From Thecamonas trahens ATCC 50062 (lineage: Eukaryota > Protista > Apusomonadida), in the NCBI RefSeq assembly GCF_000142905.1, contig NW_013657613.1:8871-49601 (forward strand): a stretch of 40,731 nucleotides of DNA, read 5' to 3'. The notes under the pieces are model-generated. The model saw only the letters and a list, made by a program, of their open reading frames with translations. It was not told where the DNA came from and did no database searches. This document shows positions 23,001-31,257 of the stretch, in pieces (the first letter of the stretch is position 1; each line of letters opens with the position of its first letter). The translations under genes and the position numbers were made by a program.

Positions 23001-23595
23001 CGTCTGTCGGACTACACGATGAGCCGTCGAGATCGTTGCCGAGAGCGATGGTGAGGCCCGAGGTGGCAAGCGTCTCCACGGCCTCGTACGGACCCATAGC
23101 GAGCTTACCATCGATCCACAAGCTTCCCAGCGGCGGCGATGCCGTGATGACCGCGGCCATGTGATGCCACTCTTCGTCGACGGGACAGAGGCCGTTGGCC
23201 TTGTGGAGGCTCGTGGCAAACATAAAGTCGCACACATTGTTCCTGTCCACACCGATGTTGAGCGGATGCGAGCCGCTGTCGCCGCCGTTGCAGACGGAAA
23301 TAAAGTTCTGGTACGTGTCCACATCGCCGGTCCGATACCAGAACTCGATGGTAAAGTCCGAAGAGGGAAGTGATGCCGAGACTTCACGGTAAATATTTGA
23401 AGCCGACGGCTGTGCCGAGAAATCCATGCTCCCAACCACCACGACTGGTCGCCATGCCAAGGCAATCAGCACCGCCGCTACCACCCACGAACCCCACCTC
23501 CGCCGCTGCCACCACCGAGCTGGCCCGATACTTGCCCACAGACTGACCGACTTTCTCGCACCAGCCGTTCCACACCTTGAACTACACAGAGACAT
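17075..23595 (-). CDS. Paralogous giant surface protein: N-terminal hydrophobic segment, LamG/pentraxin-like domain, FG-GAP repeats, GGA(L/V) beta-helix-like repeats, Cys-rich stalk, multi-pass TM C-terminus
   Basis: First plausible ATG at 23595. LamG-like motifs FTIEFWYR, WHHMAAV, LWIDGKL and AELRFWSYAM. FG-GAP loops DLNGDGLSD, DLDGDGLAD and DINSDGMLD; GGAL/GGAV repeats; CEACPTGASCAGG. One frameshift at the A4 run 18081-18084 leads into ORF 17075-18151 (YFDCTQYPDGKWYLDSEPSEECF, matching YFQCRRDRDGRWVLEAAPAKSCY in the + strand paralog). Confidence 0.87.
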
Positions 23596-23950
23596 CGCCT
23601 CCTGCTGGTTCCACACAGCGGTCTGTCTGGAGAAGTGTGGGGTCAGATTGGAGGAGCCGGGGGGGGGGAGGTAGAAGGTGCTGAGCTGCTGTTGGGTGCG
23701 GGAGATAGCGGCTGGCACCCACGTGGGTCACGTACGGGGGGGGGGGGGGGGGATGGAAAATATTTTACAATAATTTGGCGGGGGTTGGTGGTATGTAGGT
23801 GGGGGTGGGTAAGGTGGTAAGGTATGATTATTTCAATGAGAGTTAATTGATGGAGCTGGTCATGATTAATTGAACGAGAAATGATTGATGTGGCGATGGT
23901 GGGGTCAGGGGGGGTGGGTGCATGCATGCAAGGAGGGTGTGTAGTTGGGC

Positions 23951-23962
23951 AAAAAGAAGAAA
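23951..23962 (-). terminator. RNA polymerase III oligo-T terminator of the 5S gene
   Basis: The minus strand reads TTTCTTCTTTTT directly after helix I, with a T5 run at 23951-23955. Confidence 0.75.
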
Positions 23963-24081
23963 GAATGCGTTACTCGGTATTCCCGTGTGGTCCCCCACCA
24001 CAGTACTAACCAAGCCTCATGCTGCTTGACTTCCGAGAGCGAGACGGGATCGGGTATTTTCAGCATAGGATGAACGCATTC
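23961..24081 (-). rRNA. 5S rRNA: 5S ribosomal RNA gene
   Basis: Reverse complement GAATGCGTTCATCCTATGCTGAAAATACCCGATCCCGTCTCGCTCTCGGAAGTCAAGCAGCATGAGGCTTGGTTAGTACTGTGGTGGGGGACCACACGGGAATACCGAGTAACGCATTCTT. It has the eukaryotic 5S landmarks CCCGATC, TCTCGGAAG, AAGCAG, TGGTTAGTACT and GGGAATACCG. Length is ~120 nt and the ends pair perfectly (GAATGCGTT/AACGCATTC). Confidence 0.95.
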
Positions 24082-24421
24082 AGACACAGACTGTGCTCGT
24101 GGTAGTCATGTGGCCATCGGTTCAATAGCGTCCGCTCCTTAAATGGGTTTTGACTGGGAGACTCAACACACGCACGCATACACACATGTGCACACACATA
24201 CACAATAATGAGACACACAAACAAACACACAGACACTACATTCATGATATGCATCACTAAGAGCGCCTTTCCTTTCTGCCTCGGATGTAGTGTATATAGC
24301 CTGTGTGGATCACATCCGTCGTCTATGTCGGTCACACCGCGCATGTAATTCCTATGATCAACCACACTCGCTAATCATATCACCGCACCGTGTGTGTATT
24401 GCCACTGTGGGAACTGATCGG

Positions 24422-27400
24422 TCAACAGCCACGGGACTTGGGTGCATGTGCAGATGCCTTGCTTGTTTGCGTCGGCTTCTGTGCTTGCTTTCGCTTTCCT
24501 TTGCCCTTCTTCTTGCCCTTGTTCTTGCTCTTGCGCCGGGCCTTGCGTCGGGCCTTGCGACGGGCCTTCCGGATGACGTCGTCGGCGCGGACCCGCGGGG
24601 GACACGGCCGACAAGATTCCAGAGTCTGACGGAGCAGAGGTTGTGCTTGGCGACAGCATGGGCGACAAAGCCATCGCGGTCCTCCACGTCGTACGACCAG
24701 TAGCAGTGCGGACACTGCAGCCGCCGTGCGTGGGCGTTGGTGATGGCCACCACGTGAGTCGTCTCCTCAAAGTGCCGGATCGGCGCCGGGACACACCCCG
24801 GGAGCAGGTTGCCGGTCAGCCCGACGGCGAGACTCCCGATGTCGACAGCACGCGCACCGGGAAAAAGTTTGGTCAGCTCGCGATACGTCTCACCGCCGAG
24901 GATGACAAACGCGCCGATTGCGGCGGCCTCGGCAAACGTCGTAAGCTCGGTTCGGGCGTACTCGGCCGCAATCAGCTTGCTGAGCCCGGCCGGCACCTCC
25001 ATCATTTTGCCCAGCAGCTTGAGATACCTCGAGACCTTGGCAGGCGAGGTGAGGACCTCGGGCTGGGTGAGGCAGGCGGCCGCAGCCTCAAGTGCCTGCT
25101 GGGCCGTGTCCACCAGCGACCGTGCCCGCGCCCGGTCGGCAACGTTCAGATCGCGGCCGCAGCCGTTGGGTGCCTTGGCCAGCAGCGCCTTGGCGTCGTC
25201 GGCGTCGGCTCCGCGGAGCAGATCCGCACACATAAGTGCCTTGTCAAGCTCGGCATACCACGATTGGTACCGCGCCATGGCCTTGGTGCGGGCCACGAGC
25301 TCGTCGACGCTGGCGCCCTGACCTAGCTCAGTCAGCCGCCCATTTGGGCCTGCCGGTGCGCTGTTCATAGCCGCGGTGACAGTGGCGTCGATAAAGACTG
25401 AGGCGTCAACCGGAGGAAGCGGCGTGGCGAGCCACTTGATCCAAGCCCTGGCAGAGGTAAGACAGCAAGCAACCGCCTCTGCGTACGCGCCGGTCTTGCG
25501 CCCCAGAGGCAGCCTTAACGCGTCAGCGAGTGACATCGCCATTGGTGGGCCGACGCGCTCATGGGCGAGGCATTCCGCTACCGAGTCCCGGGTGAGCATG
25601 GAGACAAAGGCTGTGATGCGAGTCAATGCGTCAGGACTCAGGGCGTCGCAGCGCTGCAGCGAGTCGATCCAGCGGGCAATGACCTTCGGCATGCTCGCCG
25701 GGAGAAGCCGGAGTTTGGGCACCACAATCTCCCAGAGCGTGGCCCATTGCCGGAGGACGGCGCGGGTGGCCTTGGGCGAGCGGACGGTTTTGATCTTGGC
25801 ATACAGCGCCGAGTCGGGGCCGAGGGGAATGGTCCACAGCGCGTCAGCAACATCCAACACCTCCTTTGGTGTCAGAGCCTGCGCCCGGGGATCGGCTACG
25901 TAGGCCACAATGAGAGCAGAGAGAGTGCAGAGCGCAGGCGGAGTGCCGAGGCACGAGTCGGTACAAATGATGGCTTCGACGTTGCGGCCACGTAAAACAA
26001 GAAAGTCGGAGAGCCGCGCCTCTCGCGACGGTGGAGCCTTGAGATACACGCCGCGATCGGCGGTCCACCACCCCAGTCCTGCGTCGAGGAGCGCCTGGAG
26101 GCGAGTCCAGCCATGGGCAACAGCCTTAGTAAGCCGAGCAACCTCAGCAGCAACTTTTTTGCGGGTGCGGGACTCGGCCCGCTTGCCGGTGTACTCGATA
26201 AGGGCGTCAAGGTGGGCCGGCGATTCGAGGACCAGCGGGAGTTCGTTGACGATGGCTCTGTACTCGCCGGTGAGCAGGGCCTCACGGGCAATGCACCGGC
26301 GGAGCTGGACCATGGCTCGTGAGGCTGCCGCGCGGCTCGACGGCTTCATACTGAGTGGCGTCGTGGTCCTGCACGCCAAGCCGAGTTCAACAAGCGCCCC
26401 AATGTCGCTGCCCAAGAGGACGACCGGCTGCTGACCACTGATGATGGCGCGGACCTCGGTCCGCAGCCACAGCGGCAGCGCAATAAAGGCCTGAATGTCC
26501 CAAGCTGGCGCAGCGGCAGGATCCATGACAAGGTAGCCGTTGCTGTCGATGCTGAGCGAAGCAAGGCGCGGGCAAGCAGCGAGCATGTTGTCCAAGTTAA
26601 GCTGAAGAGGGTCGAGGCGCCGGTTAAAAGTGGCGATCATCTCGCGCAGCGCCTTTGTCACGGTTTCGTCAAGCGATCGTGAGCCGACAAGGGCAACATA
26701 GTGCGAGGCGACAATTGGGTCAACGTAGCGCTCGATGTCGGCAGCCGTGAACTTGGCCGAGGCGGCGAGGACAAGCCGCTCCTCGCGTCGGCGAAGAAGG
26801 TCGGCCACAACGTGAGCCTGACGGACGCACTCGGGCGCATCGATGTCCCATGCAAAGTCAGTGAGGCACGTGAGCTCGACATCGCCTGCTGCAACCACGT
26901 TAGGAACCGCGGCATGAAGCGAGTCAGCGCCGAGCGCGCGCAGGACGAGGTCGTGCCGGACTGCGGCCTTGTGGGCAGCAGCAAGAACCTTGCGGATAGC
27001 GCGGCGAAGGTTCATACCGACTTGGGCAGCGAGCGCATTCAGCAAGGTGAGTGGTATTGACGCAAGCAGCTGCTCCGGCACAGAGATCGGGCGCGAGGCG
27101 GCAAGCTGAACGGCAAGGACGACGACCGCCGGCGAACATGGCGGCGACGGGAGGCTGCGGAGCGGAAGGCCACAAGCGGCGATACCCGAGGCATACCATA
27201 CAAAGAGAGGTACCGAGTCCATGGCAGAGTTCGGCGTGTGCACGACAAGGAGGCGCTGGAGAATAAGTGTGTCGTGCGCCAGCTGCCACAGCCGGCGGCA
27301 GGTCGAGGCCAAGGCGCGGTACGAGGCGGAGGAGAGAAACGAGAAAAGGTAGACGATGAGCTCGTTTGGCACAGCAGAGACGAGGATGGAAAGGTTGCTC

Positions 27401-29293
27401 GAGGACGCGCCGGGCCGGCAACAAAGTTGGCGGCGGCGGCAGCGTACCGGGCGCGGCACATCGAGGCGTGGGTGACGGCATCGATGAGATGATGAGTCTC
27501 TCCGGGCGCGGCGCGCCAGCGGCCAGGACGCAGAGCACGGTCGAGAGAGGTGAGGAGGTCGAGCGGGAGGCTGGCAAACACTGGCGGTTGCCGGCAGTCA
27601 TGAGCGCATCGACCTCGGTGAGGAGAACGCTGACAGGATCGATGCCTGCGTAGAGGGTTGCGTCATCAGTGCGGAAACGTGCAAGAAGCCAGGGCTGAGC
27701 CATGGCCGAGGCCGGCCGGCACGGGTGCGCGCGGTTGAGCCGAGCCTGAACAAGACGCTGGGCCAAGGCCTCGTCGTCACCAATGAGAGAGTACGGCGAA
27801 CCGTCGGGCTTTCGCTCGTTGGCAAGAAGGAGTTTGAGACGCGGGCGTTGCCAGGCCGAGATGACGACGTAGCTTGTAGTGGCGTCGATGATTTCGGCCT
27901 CATCGGCTTCGGAGAGTGCACCAGGTAGGCTTCGGTAGAGAGCCATCAAAACCTTCCGCGGCTTGCGGACGTCGTCCCATGCAACGCCGGAAACAGAGGG
28001 CGAGAACGCGGCCATGCGGCGGTGGCAGAGCCTTGCTAGATTGGAGCGTGTGAGGGAGGACGGGATGATGGTGGTATCGAATACTCTCGTCCCCGGGCTG
28101 TGTGCGGAGGCGGCGTTGACAGTGGCTGCAACCGGACGCGGCCGAGTGGCCGTCAAAGTGGTGGGTGGCGGCGCGCTCACCTCCATCGGCGCGACGACTT
28201 GATCGCGAGGCGGTGGCTCTGCGGCGGCGCAACAAACGCGGCCAGCCTTCCTGCCGGGCAACATAGACTCGTTGGACCACGGCAGTGCCTCGCGCTGCTG
28301 GCAGAAGGCAGGGTAGAGGATGTGGAGGCTGAGCTTGTTCATGGCATCCTGAGTCGGATGCCATTCCGGCCACCAAGGGACCGAGAAGCCACGTGTCAGC
28401 TCAAGTGTCTCTGCTTCGGTCGGCTCCGCCGCCATGACACGGTGGATGAAGGCACTGTCAACGGCAGATGTGCTGCCGTTGCCCCCGGAGAACTGGGCCT
28501 CGACGTACTCGATCTTGAGCCGCAACTGTGCCAAAAGTCTAGCCTCGGACAACCTTTGGGCTTTGTGCCTAGCCGTGAATGGTGCCCCACTTGTTGCGGC
28601 CAACGGGAGAGGGCTCTGCAGGAGCCGAGCCTCGATTGTCGAGGCGCGCTCCACAGCCGGCTCGCTGGCCTGGTCTACGCGAGTCGACGACCGCGGCGGA
28701 CGACCTACTGCTGGCCGAGACCGATGGTTCTTTGCCTCCCAATCAGCCAGCTTCTGCCTTGCCTCTGAAGACGCTTTTGCCAGGATAGCCTGTGCCCTCT
28801 TGCTTGCGGCGGTGGCAGCCTGAGCCTTGTTCTGGGTTTGTATCTGGTTCTTGTCGGTGATGATGTGGCTCTTGTCGTCGATGGCATGGTTCCTGTCGTC
28901 GATGGCATGGTTCCTGTCGTCGATGGCATGGTTCCTGTCGTCGATGGCATGGTTCCTGTCGTCGATGGCATGGTTCTTGATGTGGTTCTTGTCGTCGATT
29001 GAGCCGATCCTGTTGGCGATGGCGTGGACCTCGTCCACAGGTGGCCCATGCTCACACTTGCCAACGGCCGAGTCTGTAGCGCTTGCCATTGCCAACGCCA
29101 CCTCGGAACGAGCAAACAACGCCTCGAGATCCAAATCAGTGAGCGGATCACAAAGAGAGACAAAGCCATCAGCCTCCGTCTGTCCACCACCTCGTTCCAC
29201 CGCCACCCGTTGCACCAGCTCCTTTGCCTCGGTCACTCCCGAGCTCGCTGGCGAGACCAGTCGCGAGAGGACATCAGTCTGCGCCTCAGCCAT
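24422..29293 (-). CDS. Large F-box protein with C-terminal C2H2-type zinc finger and basic tail
   Basis: ATG at 29293 (MAEAQ). F-box SAVPNELIVYLFSFLSSASYRALASTCRRLWQLAHD (~27270-27380) and CPHCYWSY...FVAHAVAKH (~24645-24720). Built from ORFs 26924-29308, 27039-27581, 24358-27459 and 24422-24715 via three inferred one-base frameshifts (~27584, ~27413, ~24599), ending RKARRKARRKARRKSKNKGKKKGKGK...RGC*. Confidence 0.68.
28873..28999 (-). repeat. Coding 21-nt tandem repeat (DDRNHAI, ~5 copies plus degenerate copy)
   Basis: Plus-strand unit TGTCGTCGATGGCATGGTTCC repeated in tandem. Confidence 0.92.
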
Positions 29294-29318
29294 ACCCACC
29301 ACCACCAACTAATCCCCA

Positions 29319-29400
<82 letters not shown>
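29319..29400. repeat. (AC)n microsatellite
   Basis: About 40 uninterrupted AC units between the divergent F-box and KPTN starts. Confidence 0.97.
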
Positions 29401-29403
<3 letters not shown>

Positions 29404-29459
29404 TACATACAAACCCTCCTCCCCTCCCTCCCCTCCCTCACCCACCCCGGTGCTGGTGT

Positions 29460-29590
29460 GATCGATCACGATCACGATCATGATCATGATCATGATCACG
29501 ATCACGATCACGATGACCACCACCTCACCCCCCCCAACCCCCCAACCCCCCCCAACCCCCCCACCCCCCCTCATCCCCCTCCACCCCCTT
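29460..29590. repeat. (GATCAY)n hexamer repeat followed by C-rich low-complexity tract
   Basis: GATCAC/GATCAT units at ~29464-29512, then CCCCCCAA-like units to ~29590. Confidence 0.88.
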
Positions 29591-29613
29591 GACCGACGGA
29601 CGTCCTGGGAAGG

Positions 29614-31257
29614 ATGAGCATGGCCCTGCCGATTGTGCATGCGGACGTTGTGCGTGCGGGGAGTCAGCACAATGTGCACTCGCTTGCAGCAGCTGTGGAA
29701 GGGACGGGAGTGCTCATGGCTGAGCTCCATGGCCTCTGCTGGGTTGGGTATGGTGCTCGTGGTGGGGCAGGGCGGAGTGAGCTCGTTCATCTTGCTGATC
29801 ATGACATCATTGCCGCTGCACTCGTACACCAGGCAGCGGAGTATGCCCTCGTTGCTCTCGCTCTCGTTCCCTCTCGTCCCTTTGATGACCGCGCCTTTGA
29901 CGACAAATCCGCTCAATCGCCGCAGCTATCGCCACAGTCGGCCTCCCCTGCCGCTGCTGAGTCGACCAGAGCTGCCGCTGCTGAGTCGACCAGAGCTGCC
30001 GCTGCGTCATCGACCAGAGCTGCCGCTGCGTCATCGACCAGAGCCGCCGCTGCGTCATCGACCAGAGCTGCCGCTGCGTCATCGACCAGAGCCGCCGCTG
30101 CGTCATCGACCAGAGCCGCCGCTGCGTCATCGGGCCTGCCCAGAACGACGCCATCAACATCGACTTTGTCGTCGACCTCGCCCAAAGCTACCACGTCGAC
30201 CTCGGGCAGCGGGGCGCTTCTCTCGGTACCGGTCTCGTCGACGACCTTGTCGTGGGCGGTGGGCTCACTCTCGTTTGTGGTCGTTCCGCCGGCAGATCGA
30301 CCGACGGCCTTTGATGCAGTCGTGGTAGCCTCGTTCCCGCTGCCATATCTTCCGCTCTGTCTCATTCCACCGCAGCAGCTTGTCGCTGCGTACCCGCAGC
30401 TGGCGGTGGCGGTATCGGGCTCGGACGGCGTCATCCACGCCTATGCGGTAGGTGACGGCGACGGGTGGCGACTGCCCGACGACCTGGCATCGCTTCCGGA
30501 GCAACTGCCGGTCATCGAGCTCGCAGCCGACGCGCATCCGTTTGCCGCCCTCAACCGGGCCGGCGATGCGGCGGCGTCAGTTGTTGTGGCAGACATAGCG
30601 CCGTCACCCGATGGCACCCTCCTCGCGGTCGGCTTTGACGACGGCCGCGTCCAGGTCGGGTACGTCGACGCGCTCGCCGCGGGCAGCCCGCCGCAGTCGG
30701 GGTGGATCGACGGCCCGGTCTCTGCGCTCTCCTTTTCGCGGCCGCCTCTCTCGCCGGGCGACGCCGCGCTGCTTGCGGCGGCACACCCGGACGTGGCAGA
30801 CCACATTGCGGCCCTTGCCGCCACCGCGCCCGACCTCTATCTCGTTGCCGGCGGGTCGGCCGGCTCGGTCACGGTCTTTCCGCACCCGCTCGTTACCCTC
30901 GACGCCCGCTTCCCGCTCGCCCTCCCGCCGCTCCACGAGTACAACTCGATTACCGGCCTCGGCTTTGCCGATCTCACTGCGTCGGGTGTCAATGAGCTGG
31001 TGGTCTCGACCTATGAGAAGGAGCTATGGGTGTATTCGGTGTCGGGGAGCGCGGTCGCCGGCGATCTCGACTTTGAGCTCGCCTCACGCCTCCGCCTCTC
31101 GCGACCGGTCCTCTCCTTTGCCTTTGTCGACCTCTCCGCCGACGGCTCGCCCGAGTTTGTCGTAGTCACCCGCGCCGCCGTCCACGTCTTTGTCCACCTT
31201 CCGCGAGTGGGTGCGGGAGCCGGACCAGCCGAGGACGCGCCTGCTAGCGAGAGCTAG
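29614..31257 (+). CDS. KPTN: Kaptin (KICSTOR subunit) homolog
   Basis: Motifs occur in the order I recall for kaptin: SQHNVHSLA, VSGSDGVIHAY, AVGFDDGRVQVGYVD, DGPVSAL, YNSITGLGFADLTASGVNELVVSTYEKELWVY, SRPVLSFAFVDLSADGSPEFVVVTRAAVHVFVH. Uninterrupted 547-aa ORF. Confidence 0.85.
   Translation: MSMALPIVHADVVRAGSQHNVHSLAAAVEGTGVLMAELHGLCWVGYGARGGAGRSELVHLADHDIIAAALVHQAAEYALVALALVPSRPFDDRAFDDKSAQSPQLSPQSASPAAAESTRAAAAESTRAAAASSTRAAAASSTRAAAASSTRAAAASSTRAAAASSTRAAAASSGLPRTTPSTSTLSSTSPKATTSTSGSGALLSVPVSSTTLSWAVGSLSFVVVPPADRPTAFDAVVVASFPLPYLPLCLIPPQQLVAAYPQLAVAVSGSDGVIHAYAVGDGDGWRLPDDLASLPEQLPVIELAADAHPFAALNRAGDAAASVVVADIAPSPDGTLLAVGFDDGRVQVGYVDALAAGSPPQSGWIDGPVSALSFSRPPLSPGDAALLAAAHPDVADHIAALAATAPDLYLVAGGSAGSVTVFPHPLVTLDARFPLALPPLHEYNSITGLGFADLTASGVNELVVSTYEKELWVYSVSGSAVAGDLDFELASRLRLSRPVLSFAFVDLSADGSPEFVVVTRAAVHVFVHLPRVGAGAGPAEDAPASES
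29950..30131 (+). repeat. Coding 24-nt tandem repeat (AAA[E/S]STRA, ~7.5 copies) inside KPTN
   Basis: Unit GCCGCTGCGTCATCGACCAGAGCY; the first two copies have GCTGAGTCG. Confidence 0.93.

Noticed and set aside
9336-23595. Calling the FG-GAP proteins integrin alpha chains
   Set aside because: They have multi-pass C-termini, beta-helix-like repeats and no single-TM GFFKR tail.
23905-24365. Short ORFs 23905-24087 and 24060-24365 on the minus strand
   Set aside because: They overlap the 5S gene and GT-rich low-complexity spacer and lack the local codon bias.
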